Below, piece by piece: positions 14,011 through 27,004 of a stretch of 64,000 nt of DNA. The translations under genes were made by a program, and so were the position numbers. Below the pieces are notes generated by a model that did no database searches, had not been told where the DNA came from, and saw nothing but the letters and a program-made list of their open reading frames with translations. Origin of the DNA: Takakia lepidozioides (taxonomy: Eukaryota > Plantae > Bryophyta); the NCBI GenBank assembly GCA_030704615.1, contig CM060733.1, positions 22,072,001 to 22,136,000 on the forward strand, written 5' to 3'. Every line of letters starts with the position of its first letter. Within the stretch, counting starts at the first letter, position 1.

Positions 14011-14785
14011 CAAGGTATAAAAATGGTATGTCAATCCTAAATCCTAAATTGCCAAAAAAACAAAAGAGGAAAGTATTCCCTATGAGATTTGGAAAGAAAA
14101 TGGCGGTATATAACGACTTTGGGAAGCGTCTGGTTCTCATGGGAGAAAATGGATCCGAAGAAAACATGAGAGAGAATAAAAAGTCAGACCGCCAAGTAAA
14201 AAATATGAGAAATAAAAATTGCTTAAAATTTGAACAACGGAAAAGGACATGTGAAATTCTCTCTTAAACCAAGGCCAAAGATGAGAAGTATGAAAATGAA
14301 ATGAAATGAAAATTTGGTGCAGAAAAGTCGTAGAGCTTAGAGGGAAAATGGAGGAAAACCTCAGAGAAAAAACTTCACGACTGGCAAATTGAAAAGTATG
14401 TCAACAACGATTGGGTAAGGCTCCTCCTAGTATGAGACTTCAGTGGGAGAATTAGTTATGTGAAAAACAAGTTCAATCTTTGAGAGAAGGACTGGAAATG
14501 GGCTATTTTCTTTCGTTGTTAAAAACCACTTTGACCGAATTTGAAGACTCCAGTGGTTGTGCCCGCCATTTTTGTTCTTTTGATCTGTATGTTATGTAGG
14601 CCAAACTCCCCCACAGGGTTTTCTTTGTTGACCAGAATGTACAGCAGGCCAGAATCCAGCACACCAGAAACAAAGGACGAGAACGTCCACTGGATATTTG
14701 AGGTTCAATGCGACATAAGAAGATAACAAAAATGATCCCCCAACGCAAACAAGAAGGGCCATATAGAGAAGAAAAAATTTATTTC

Positions 14786-15520
14786 TTAAATCGAAGTACT
14801 GGAGTTGACCTCAACAATTTGTCCTTGGTTTGGAACTCGCTCGCACGACTCGCTTTCTGACTGACGATTAGCCTCCTCCAAATTAGCGCGCGCCTTCACT
14901 GTTTCGGCGGTAGTAATTCTCTTAGTGCTATTCCTTGTCGTATTTTTCCGTGGAGACATTGTCCACACAACATTGTTCACGTGGATCCATTGAGGAGGAT
15001 CTGACGAGTTATACTCCCAAAGTTTTGACCAACAGTCCATGTACCTTTCCAAGTCTGTTGGGTTGGTCTCCTTCAGGGAGCTTGTACTTCATGACGGGCC
15101 AGCCCTCCGCATCCTAAAAGCGGAAGACGTGCATCTCCGAAATCCCGACCAACGCCTCATTTCCATCCAAAATACAACCCTTTACAAAATTCTTGAAGTC
15201 AGGAACCTCCTGAATAATCTGTGGAATGAACTGCAGATTTTGCGAGGTCATGAATGACCTCATCAAATCCGAAAGAATGTAGGGGCTTCGTTCCTTTAGC
15301 TTCTTCGAAAGGTAACTGAAGATCTGTCGATGTCCTCATAGGTGTGTCCGACCATTAGAAAACCTAGCTGGATCTCTTCAAAAACATCGGCGGTCAGGAG
15401 GGATAGAAAAACAAGCATCCATCTGTTTTTATTGTACTTCGCGGAGTTGTCCATTTGCAAGCACAGCCTTCTCGGAAGTGGACGAGCACCACATTTGTCT
15501 TCCGGCCTGCAGGGTTTAAG
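14786..15520 (-). pseudogene. DUF7869-type putative DNA-transposase relic (C-terminal part), interrupted by the LTR cluster
   Basis: LCLQMDNSAKYNKNRW...GFLMVGHTYEDID, then across frameshifts YLSKKLKE...IPQIIQEVPDFK...GWPVMKYK; resembles DUF7869 proteins I recall from mosses/liverworts (not searched). Confidence 0.65.
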
Positions 15521-16043
15521 TGTCGCGCACCTCACTTCGGTAAGCTCCCCTTCAAGTCATAGTTACTCGCGTAACGCCTAACTCCCAACCTGGCCGCCGG
15601 GCCAACTCGGAGCTTCGGCTGCTCACCGGGACATAACGGTCCCCATTTCTTCCCCCAACAGACTCTCCACCAATTTGGGCCTAGTGGAAATTCCCTTTGG
15701 TAGATGGCAGTCCGGAATAGCTCCCCACTCATTGGTCGCTTTTCGACTCACTCGCTTACTCACTAGTTTTTGGTCACCAACGGGCTTGCACCGTTCTCAG
15801 GGTTACTACTTCCTATATACTTATGTGACTGTCCGCGGGGGTTTCACAAACAACCATGCCATTTTATGGCAAACCACCACGAAGACCCTCGATTTCCGGT
15901 GATGAGTCGCGGTGAATCTTGGCCCACCCACCACGGCCTCATTCGACCGTGGTCCCAAGACTCCCCACGACTCCCACCACAAGGTCTCCGCCCCATGGTG
16001 AGTCCTATGTCACCCCTACTAAGTCCCACTAAGCTACCACCAC
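15521..16043 (-). repeat. Partial, diverged LTR of the same family in reverse orientation, interrupted by copy 1
   Basis: TGTCGCGCACCTCACTTCGG at 15521 is the reverse complement of the LTR 3' end; breaks at ...CTACCACCAC|TGTTGCGG. Confidence 0.9.
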
Positions 16044-19000
16044 TGTTGCGGCCCTTTGCCTTGAGGGCAGGGGGTCGGGACAGAAGAGGGACTGCCCCTG
16101 TGGTGGGGGCAGTGGCAGCGATAGGTATGGGGGGCTGAAGCACCCTTGAGTGCCTAATGCACTCAAGGAGGCGGAGGCGCTCACTAGGTGGAGCTCCGCA
16201 CACCGGGTTGTGGTGGGGGTGGCTCCACAAGGGGTGGTGGTAGCTTAGCGGGACTTAGTGGGGGTGGCATAGGACTCACCCTGGGGCGGAGACCTCGTGG
16301 TGGGAGTCGTGGGGAGTCTTGGGACTCATCACGGTCCATAGGGGCCGTGGTGGGTGGGCCAAGACTCACCGCGACTCATCACCGGGAGTCGAGGGTGTTC
16401 GTGGTGGTTCGCCATAAAATGGCATGGTTGTTTGTGAAACCCCCGCGGACAGCTACAGAAGTATATATAGGGAGTAGTAACCCCGAGAACGGTGCAAGCC
16501 CATTGGTGACCAAAAACTAGTGAGTAAGCGAGCAAGCCGGAAAGCGACCAAAGAGTGGGGAGCTGTTCCAGACTGCCAACTACCAAAGGGAATTCCGCTG
16601 GTTCCAAATCGTTGGAAGGTTCTTTGGGAGATCAAAGGGGGGACCGTTATGCCCCGGTGAGCAGCCGGAGCTCCAAGTTGGCCCGGCGGCCAGGTTGGGA
16701 GTTAGGCGCGCGCATCAAGCGAGTAACTATGACTTGAGGGGGGAGCTTACCGAAGTGAGGTGCGCGACACTTGGTATCAGAGCTTAGAGTTCAGTACGCG
16801 ATCGTCCTTGGGATTGGCCTCATCATGGGGTCGGGCAAGCCAAAGCGAAAGCGGAACGGCCCAAAAGATGATGATCCTGGTGAGCCCAATGGGGGCGACG
16901 TGTCACCGAGGCGGCCGTTTGAGGAAGCGATGCATGTTTCCAAAAACGAGGCCGCTCAAGAACGGGAGGAATCTGAGGAGTCGGAGCCTGAGGAATCCTG
17001 AGAGCTCCGACCGACCAACAGATGCCTCCCATGCCGGCAGCCTTTTGGGAAGGGTTGTTGGCGCAATTTGGCGGGACGTTGAAAGACGTGTTGAAGGCGG
17101 CTAATGCCACTTCCACTAAGGCAAAGTTTAAGGTGAAGCCTAAGGAACCTGGCACCTTCGAGGGCGTCCGAAATCGGAAGGCACTCAACACCTGGCTCTT
17201 GGAGCTAGAGCAGTATTTCCGGGCGGCCAAGTTGAGTGACGAGGATCGGGTGGAAGTGGCTCCCACCTATTTGAGGGGCTATGCTCAACAATGGTGGCAG
17301 AAACGCCTTCACGACCGAGGTCCAAGCCCGGAAACCTTGAACTGGAGTGGGTTCAAGGAATTGATGAAGAGGCAGTTTGTGCCCCTCAACGCGTCCTGGT
17401 TGCCCGGACAAGATGAGGAATTTGAAGCAAACAGATGACATTCGGGGATATGTCCAGGCTTTCAATGTGCTGTTGCTCGAAGTCGCGGACATGGTAGAAC
17501 CAGAAATGGTCTTCAACTTTGTGGCGGGACTGGCCCCATGGGCTAGGCGGAAGTTGGAGGAGAAGCCACCTAAGACTTTGAATGAGGCAATTGAGAGGGC
17601 TGAATGTTTCTCGGATGTCCCTAAGGGTGAAAGACAAGGCCGTACGGAGCTGAACCACAAGAAGACCCGGCGGGAAAGTGACTCCTTCCGACCGGAAAAG
17701 AAGTGGGATAGGCCACGCGGCGACAATGGCACGTGGAAATCGAAGGGAGGGCCTTCACAAGTCAAGGCGGCACCCGGTGCTTCGAAAGAAAAGCGGGGAG
17801 CGGCTTATGGCGGACAGAAGGCGACCTTTGATGGAGTGTGTTTCAATTGTGGGGAGCCCGGGCACATGGCCAAGAAGTGCACGAAGCCCGGCAATTGAAC
17901 ATGACTCGGGCGACCACAGAGCTGTCGGAAGATACCATCAGTCGTTTGGTGAAAGCGGTGGTCGCCGGGACTTGCAAGGTAGGCAAATTTTCTTGTGAGT
18001 TGTATCAGGAAACTGGCGCCTTACGTAAAGGGAGTCAGTTATTGTTCGTGGATGGGATAATATCCGGAACTAACGTGTCGTTGTTGGTGGACACAGGAGC
18101 GTCGCACTCCTTCATGACACCGGTAACGGCACAAAAGCTGGGAGGGACTCCCGACAAATGACGTGGGGGCCTCTATTGAGGTGCGTTCTGCCAAAGGAGA
18201 ACCACATTGGCGACAAGGTTGGCGTTTGATGTTCCTCTTCAACTGGGGAGTTGGGAGGGACGTGAGAACTTCACCATCTGCGAGATCGATGGAGTGGATC
18301 TCATTTTGGGGATGACCTTTTTGAGCAAATCCGGAGCGGTCATAGATGGCCGCAAGAGAGTAGTCACGCTGCCATGTGGGAATGGTGGCGAGGTACTACG
18401 AATGTCGGAAACGCCCAAACCCGTGAGAGGGCGAATAAACCTTTTGTCAGCAAGGGAGTGGGCCGTGGAGGAGGCACACGAGCCCCAGTTTTTGCTCTAC
18501 ATTAGAGAAGTGAAGGGAGAAGGCGATGGGGAGCCGAGCCCAGATTGGATCAAGGGGATTTTGGAGAAATACCAGGATGTGATGCCGGAGGATTTACCAA
18601 GCGGCTTGCCACCGCGAAGAGGAGTTGACCACAAGATTGAGGTGATACGGGATCGGAACCGCCTGCCAAGGCGCCCTACCGGTTGAGCCACAGAGAGTTG
18701 GTCGAGCTGAAGACTCAGCTCAAAGATCTAATGTCAAAGGGGTACATCCGGCCGAGTAAGTCACCTTACGGAGCCCCGGTGCTATTCGCAGACAAGAAGG
18801 ATGGGACGCTGCGGATGTGTATCGATTACAGGGCTTTGAATAAGGTGACTATCAAAAACCGGTACCCTTTGCCAATGATCGACGACCTTTTCGATCGGTT
18901 GGCAGGAGCGAAGTATTTCAGCCGGATCGATTGCGTTCCGGCTATCATCAAATTCGGAGGCGGAAGGAGATGAGGAGAAGACCGCGTGCAAGACAAGGTA

Positions 19001-19597
19001 TGGTTCATATGAGTTCTTGGTGATGCCTTTTGGGCTCACAACGCTCCCGCGACCTTAGCACGCTGATGAACAGCCTTTTCCAGGAGTGGTTGGATGACTT
19101 TGTGATCGTGTACATCGACGACATCTTGGTGTATTCGAAAACAAAGGCGGAGCACCTGGAGCACCTCAAAAGGGTGTTCCAGAAATTGCGGGAAGGGAAG
19201 CTGTATGCCAAAGCTTCAAAGTGCGAATTCGGGGTCACAAAAGTGGAGTTCTGGGGCATGTGATTACACAGGATGGGATCAAATGGATGACAGAAGGTGA
19301 GGGCGATCTTGGACTGGGAGCCTCCGACTTCGTCCCGGGAGTGCGATCCTTCCTAGGACTCGCCTCCTATTACTGGAAGTATGTGAGAAATTCGCCAAGA
19401 TCGCGGGGCCGCTGTCAGACCTTCTGTGTAAATCCAAAGTCTGGGCATTGAATACCTTTTGTGGCCAAGCTTTTGCTGAATTGAAGCAGCGGATGGCGGA
19501 AGCTCCAGTCTTGAAAATCCCGGAGTTCGATCGTCCGTTCGAGATTCATACAGATGCGTCGGACTTCGCGATTGGGGGTGTACTGATGCAAGATGGA
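16044..19597 (+). mobile_element. Same chromovirus family, copy 1 (older), 5' part: LTR 16044-16769, PBS 16772-16783, frameshifted gag-pol from 16825, broken in RNase H
   Basis: TGTTGCGG...GCGCGACA LTR, TGGTATCAGAGC, Gag/PR/RT motifs; stops at ...LMQDG. Confidence 0.93.
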
Positions 19598-20255
19598 TGT
19601 CGCGGCCCTTTGCCTTGAGGGCAGGGGGTTTGGGACACATGAGGGGCTGCCCCTGTGGTGGGGCAGCGGCGGCAGCGATAGGTAGGGGGGCTGAAGCACC
19701 CTTGAGTGCCCAAGGCACTCAAGGAGGGAGGCGCTCACTAGGTGGAGCCCCGCACACCGGGTTGCGGTGGGGGTGGCTCCACAAGGGGTGGTGGTAGCTT
19801 AGCGGGACTTAGTGGGGGTGGCATAGGACTCACCATGGGGGCGGAGACCTCGTGGTGGGAGTCGTGGGGAGTCTTGGGACTCATCACGGTCCATAGGGGC
19901 CGTGTGAGTGGGCCAAGACTCACCGCGACTCATCACCGGGAGTCGAGGGTTTTCGTGGTGGTTCGCCATAAAATGGCATGGCTGGTTTGAAACCCCGCGG
20001 ACAGCTACAGTATATATAAGGGGAGTAGTAACCCCGAGAACGGTGCAAGCCCGTTGGTGACCAAAAACTAGTGAGTAAGCGAGCGAGCCGGAAAGCGACC
20101 AAAGAGTGGGGAGCTGTTCCGGACTGCCATCTACCAAAGGGAATTCTCCTAGTCCCAAATAGGTGGAGGGTTTAGGAGGAAGCGAAGGGGGACCGTTATG
20201 TCCCGGTGAGCAGCCGAAGCTCCAAGTTCCTGGCCCAACTCCAGCGCGCGCATCA
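19598..20255 (+). repeat. Extra LTR of the same family (3'-truncated), directly abutting the 5' LTR of copy 2
   Basis: Starts TGTCGCGGCCCTTTG at 19598, ends ...GCGCGCGCATCA, then TTA and GTCGCGGCCC. Confidence 0.9.
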
Positions 20256-20257
20256 TT

Positions 20258-23200
20258 AGTCGCGGCCCTTTGCCTTGAGGGCAGGGGGTCGGGACACATG
20301 AGGGGCTGCCCTGTGGTGGGGGCAGCGGCAGCGATAGGTATGGGGGGCTGAAGCACCCTTGAGTGCCCAAGGCACTCAAGGAGGCGGAGGCGCTCACTAG
20401 GTGGAGCCCCGCACACCGGGTTGCGGGGGGTGGCTCCACAAGGGGTGGTGGTAGCTTAGCGGGACTTAGTGGGGGTGGCATAGGACTCACCATGGGGCGG
20501 AGACCTCGGTGGGAGTCGTGGGGAGTCTTGGGACTCATCACGGTCCATGGGGCCGTGGTGAGTGGGCCAAGACTCACCGCGACTCACCACCGGGAGTCGA
20601 GGGTTTTCGTGGTGGTTCGCCATAAAATGGCATGGCTGGTTGTGAAACCCCCGCGGACAGCTACAGAAGTATATATAGGGAGTAGTAACCCCGAGAACGG
20701 TGCAAGCCCGTTGGTGACCAAAAACTAGTGAGTAAGCGAGCGAGCCGGAAAGCGACCAAAGAGTGGGGAGCTGTTCCGGACTGCCATCTACCAAAGGGAA
20801 TTCTCCTAGTCCCAAATAGGTGGAGGGTTTAGAGGGAAGCGAAGGGGACCGTTATGTCCCGGTGAGCAGCCGAAGCTCCAAGTTGGCCCGGCGGCCAGGT
20901 TGGGAGTCAGGCGCGCGCATCAAAGCGAGTAACTATGACTTGTGATGGGGGCGACGTGTCACCGAGGCGGCCGTTTGAGGAAGCGATGCATGTTTCCGAA
21001 AACGAGGCCGCTCAGAGCGGGAGGAATCCGAGGAGTCGGAGCCCGAGGAATCCTTGAGAGCTCCGACAAACCAAGAGATGCCTCCCATGCCGGCAGCCTT
21101 TTGGGAAGGGTTGTTGGCGCAGTTTGGCGGGACGTTGAAAGACGTGTTGAAGGCGGCTAATGCCACTTCCACTAAGGCAAAGTTTAAGGTGAAGCCTAAG
21201 GAACCCGGCACCTTCGAGGGCGTTCGAAATCGGAAGGCACTCAACACCTGGCTCCTGGAGCTAGAGCAGTACTTCCGGGCGGCCAAGTTGAGTGACGAGG
21301 ATCGGGTGGAAGTGGCTCCCACCTATTTGAGGGGCTATGCTCAACAATGGTGGCAGAAACGCCTTCACGACCGAGGCCCAAGCCGGAAACCTTGAACTGG
21401 AGTGGGTTCAAGGAATTGATGAAGAGACAGTTTGTGCCCCTCAACGCGTCCTGGCTTGCCCGGGACAAGATGAGGAATTTGAAGCAAACAGATGACATTC
21501 GGGGGTATGTCCAGGCTTTCAATGTGCTGTTGCTCGAAGTCGCGGACATGGCAGAACCAGAAATGGTCTTCAACTTTGTGGCGGGACTGGCCCCATGGGC
21601 CAGGCGGAAGTTGGAGGAGAAGCCACCCAAGACTTTGAACGAGGCAATTGAGAGGGCTGAATGTTTCTCGGATGTCCCTAGGGGTGAGACAAGGCCGTAC
21701 GGAGCTGAACCACAAGAAGACCCGCGGGAAGGTGACTCCTTCCGACCGGAAAGAAGTGGGATAGGCCACGCGGCGAATGGCACGTGAAATCGAAGGGAGG
21801 GCCTTCACACGTCAAGGCGGCACCCGGTGCTTCGAAAGGAAAAGCGGGTGGAGCGGCTTATGGCGGACAGAAGGCGACCTTTGATGGAGTGTGTTTCAAT
21901 TGCGGGGAGCCCGGGCACATGGCCAAGAAGTGCACGAAGCCCCGCAATTGAACATGACTCGGGCGACCACGGAGCTGTCGGAAGATACCATCAGTCGCTT
22001 GGTGGAAGCGGTGGTCGCCAGGACTTGCAAGGTAGGCAAATTTCTTGTGAGTTGTATCAGGAAACTGGCGCCTTACGAAAAGGGAGTCAGTTATTGTTCG
22101 TGGATGGGATAATATCCGGAACTAACGTGTCGTTGTTGGTGGACACAGGAGCGTCGCACTCCTTCATGACGCCGGCGGCGGCGCGAAAGTTGGGACTCCC
22201 GACAAGTGACGTGGGGGCCTCTATTGAGGTGCGTTCTGCCAAAGGAGAACCACAGTTGGCGACAAGGTTGGCGTTTGATGTTCCTCTTCAACTGGGGAGT
22301 TGGGAGGGACGTGAGAACTTCACCATCTGCGAGATCGATGGAGTGGATCTCATTTTGGGGATGACCTTTTTGAGCAAATCCGGAGCGGTCATAGATGGCC
22401 GCAAGAGAGTAGTCACGCTGCCATGTGGGAATGGTGGCGAGGTTTACGAGTGTCGGAAACGCCCAAATCCGTGGGAGGGCGAATAAACCTTCTGTCAGCA
22501 AAGGAGTGGGCCGTGGAGGAGGCACACGAGCCCCAGTTTTTGCTTTACATTAGAGAAGTGAAAGGAGAAGGCGATGGGGAGCCGAGCCCAGATTGGATCA
22601 AGGGGATTTTGGAGAAATACCAGGATGTGATGCCGGAGGATTTACCAAGCGGCTTGCCACCGCGAAGAGGAGTTGACCACAAGATTGAGGTGATACCGGG
22701 ATCGGAACCGCCTGCCAAGGCGCCCTACCGGTTGAGCCACAGAGAGTTGGTCGAGCTGAAGACTCAGCTCAAGGATCTAATGTCAAAGGGGTACATCCGG
22801 CCGAGTAAGTCACCTTACGGAGCCCCGGTGCTATTTGCAGACAAGAAGGATGGGACGCTGCGGATGTGTGTCGATTACAGGGCTCTGAATAAGGTGACTA
22901 TCAAAAACCGGTACCCTTTGCCAAGGATCGACGACCTCTTCGATCGGTTGGCAGGAGCGAAGTATTTCAGCCGGATCGACTTGCGCTCCGGCTATCACCA
23001 AATTCGGTGGCGGAAGGAGATGAGGAGAAGACCGCGTGCAGGACAAGGTATGGTTCATATGAGTTCTTGGTGATGCCTTTTGGGCTCACCAATGCACCAG
23101 CGACATTTAGCACGCTGATGAACAGCCTTTTCAGGAGTGGTTGGATGACTTTGTGATCGTGTACATCGACGACATCTTGGTGTACTCGAAAACAAAGGAG

Positions 23201-26200
23201 GAGCACCTGGAGCACCTCAAAGGGTGTTCCAAAAATTGCGGAAGGGAAGCTGTATGCCAAAGCTTCAAAGTGCGAATTCGGGGTCACAAAAGTGGAGTTC
23301 TTGGGGCATGTGATTACACAGGATGGGATCAAAATGGATGACAGAAAGGTGAGGGCGATCTTGGACTGGGAGCCTCCGACTTCGGTCCCGGGAGTGCGAT
23401 CCTTCCTAGGACTCGCCTCCTATTACCGGAAGTATGTGAGAAATTTCGCCAAGATCGCGGGGCGCTGTCGGACCTTCTGTGTAAATCCAAAGTCTGGGTA
23501 TGGAACACATTTTGTGGCCAAGCTTTTGCTGAATTGAAGCAGCGGATGGCGGAAGCTCCAGTCTTGAAAATCCCGGAGTTCGATCGTCCGTTTGAGATTC
23601 ATACAGATGCGTCGGACTTCGCGATTGGGGTGTACTTATGCAAGATGGACGTCCAGTGGCTTACGAAAGTAAGAAACTGAATGAAAGTGGAGCGACGGTG
23701 GCCGACGCACGAAAAGAGATGAAGGCGGTGGTGCATTGCCTTGAGCTTGGCGCCACTATGTTGGTTCCAACCCAGTGAAGGTGTTCACGGACAATGTCAC
23801 GGTGAAGTATTTTGCCACGCAGCCCAAGTTGTCCCCAAAACAACTTAGGTGGCAAGATACTTTGGCAGTGTTCGACGTGGATATCCAGTACAAACCGGGA
23901 CGGGACAATGTGGTGGCCGATGCTTTAAGTAGAAAGCAGCAGCTCTTGTTGGTGTACAAGGGCGAGACGGCGCTCCAAAGGAAGATCCGGAAGGCTTGCC
24001 GGATGAGCTGGCGAAGTCCGTGATGCAGGACTTGAGGATGGGGGTTAAATCGCAGTTCCACTTGCAAAATGGACTGCTCCGGTATAAGCAAAAACGTCTC
24101 TACGTGCCGAAGGGAGGGATCAGAGATAGCCTCTTGAGAGAATGCCATGATAGCCCGCTTGCGGGCCACGGCGGAGCCAAGCGCACTGCGGCACTCTTGA
24201 AGAAAGAGTATTCTGGCCCAAACTGAGGGAGGAGGCAGAGGAGTATGTCAAGACATGCACCACATGCCAACAAAACCGGAGCGAGTACAAAAAGCAAGCG
24301 GGGCTGTTACAACCCTTGCCGATTCCAGAGGGGACTTGGGAAAGCGTCTCGATGGATTTCATGACTGCTATGCCGCTGTCAAAAGGATTCGATGCAATCA
24401 TGGTGGTGGTGGATAGGTTCAGTAAAATGGGCCATTTCATCCCCCCAAGGAGACGGCAACGGCGCAGGAGACAGGGCGACTTTACTTCGCCCACGTCTTA
24501 AAGCATCATGGAGTCCCGAAGGATATTGTCTCGGACCGCGATCCAAAGTTTACGAGTAAATTTGGAGAGCACTTTGGAAGAAGATGGGGACGAGGCTGAA
24601 GATGAGCACCGCCTTCCGACCTACGACGGACGGCCAAACGGAAAGAGTGAATTCGTAGTGAAGCAATTCTTGCGGAATTACGTGTCGGCAGACCAATCAG
24701 ACTGGTGGAACACTTAGACGCGGCAGAGTTCTGTTATAATAACACAGAACACTCCGCAACGGGAGTTTCCCCTTTCGTATTGGTCTATGGAAAAGCACCT
24801 CTGGTGCCGACAAGTTGGGCCGCCCAGGACGTTGAGGAACCGGCAGTAGCGGCGGTACTGGAAGAACGCGAGCGTTTGTTGAAGCTCGCAAAGTACAACA
24901 TTGCCAAAGCTAGGAAACGGTATGAAAGGCAGGCGAATCGGAAGCGGAGGGAAGTGAAGTTTGAGGCAGGCACAGAGGTCTGGTTGAACATCAAGAATTT
25001 CCGACTACCTCCGGAAGTGAGTCCGAAGTTCGTACCTCCGTATGCGGGACCCTTTCGCATTCGGAAGGTTATGAATGAGGATGTGTATGAATTGGAGCTG
25101 CCGGCAAACAGCAAGGTGCACCCAGTATTCCATGTCTCCCTTTTGAAGCCTTACTTCAAAGATGAAGCGCGTCCGAATCGGCATCAAGTGTTGCGTCCGC
25201 CACCTATGCTGTTGGATCATGAAAATGAACCTGAGTACGAGGTGGAGGCAATACTTAAGTCGAGGAGGTTCAAGAACCGAGAAACGGAGTATCTCGTCAA
25301 ATGGAAGGGCTATCATCATGTGGGCCATCTTGGGTGCGTGCCTCAGAAATGGAAACGCATCCGAGGCGGTTGCAGCTTTCGAAGGGCGACCTCAAAAGCG
25401 GAAGAAGCGTTGATGGGGACATCAACCTTGGAGCGTGGGGGAGGAAATGCATGCTTAGCCCGGTTTAGCTAGCTTCAGGAATCCGATTGCAAAAACTGTA
25501 TTGTACAAAAAGTTATAAAGGAAATGGATTCCAAATATTGTGCGTCCTATTGTGTTTGGAATGGTGATGCATGGTGTGGTTGGCTAGTCTGTAGAATGCA
25601 TGCTAGCTTACAAAAGTGGGAGAGGTAAATTGGGTTAATCGTGTGTTTGCGCAGTGCCGAAATCGGGTGACTCCCCATCCAAGGGGCAAGGAAACTTGCG
25701 CCTTCTTTGGAGTTCACGTGCTAGTGCGCACCTGGCGCGTGCGCGTACTATAACTGCGCTACCGAGGGGGGCCTTGTAGTGCGGGCTAACGCGGAAACTA
25801 CGTGCTTCCGTTCACGTACTATAATCGTGTAGCCCGGGACGAAGCCGTAGTGCGGCTTCGATGTTCCCGTACCAGGCCAGCATTCCAAGGCGGACCCAAT
25901 TGTAGTGATTGGGGCGCACGGTTGGTTCAAGGTTATCTTCCTAGTCAAAGAGGGTTCCAGGTGAACCCTTGCTCAAGGTGATGCCAAAAGCGGCATCATG
26001 AGCGATCGCAAGCAATGTTGTTGCAGTAAGGCGATTCGATCCTCGGGAGGATCGTTCCTTGGCCTTGAAGTAGGCCAAGAAGAGTGCACTGGGAGGAGCT
26101 GGAGAGGCTCCACCCTTGGCCGGGACTTGGAGGAAGTCGGCCGAACTAGCTAGTGGAGAGTAGAGTCAAGTGTGGGGTTTGGTTCTTTGCCATGGGACGC

Positions 26201-26990
26201 CATGGTACGAAACAAACTCCTTGATGTGGGACGCCACAACTTGGATGTTCGTTTCTACAAAATGGACAAGTCGATGAGGACATCGACTCCCTGTGGTAGG
26301 GGTGTGTGTCGCGCCCTTTGCCTTGAGGGCAGGGGGTGGGACACATGAGGGGCTGCCCCTGTGGTGGGGGCAGCGGCAGCGACGGGGGCTGAAGCACCCT
26401 TGAGTGCCCAAGGCACTCAAGGAGGCGGAGGCGCTCACTAGGTGGAGCCCCGCACACCGGGTTGCGGTGGGGGTGGCTCCACAAGGGGTGGTGGTAGCTT
26501 AGCGGGACTTAGTGGGGGTGGCATAGGACTCACCATGGGGGCGGAGACCTCGTGGTGGAGTCGTGGGGAGTCTTGGGACTCATCACGGTCCATAGGGGCC
26601 GTGATGAGTGGGCCAAGACTCACCGCGACTCATCACCGGGAGTCGAGGGTTTTCGTGGTGGTTCGCCATAAAATGGCATGGCTGCCCCGCGGACAGCTAC
26701 AGAAGTATATATAGGGAGTAGTAACCCCGAGAACGGTGCAAGCCCGTTGGTGACCAAAAACTAGTGAGTAAGCGAGCGAGCCGGAAAGCGACCAAAGAGT
26801 GGGGAGCTGTTCCGGACTGCCATCTACCAAAGGGAATTCTCCTAGTCCCAAATAGGTGGAGCGAAGGGGGACCGTTATGTCCCGGTGAGAGCCGAAGCTC
26901 CAAGTTGGCCCGGGCGGCCAGGTTGGGAGTCAGGCGCGCGCATCAAAGCGAGTACTATGACTTGAAGGGGAGCTTACCGAAGTGAGGTGC
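20258..26990 (+). mobile_element. Same chromovirus family, copy 2; 5' LTR end, PBS and gag start deleted; frameshifted gag-pol 20944-25413; 3' LTR 26307-26990 lacks its terminal bases
   Basis: Colinear with copy 3; jumps from LTR ...CTATGACTTG (20942) straight into gag GATGGGGGCGACG; many 1-bp indels. Confidence 0.93.
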
Positions 26991-27004
26991 TCAATCCTTT
27001 CTAA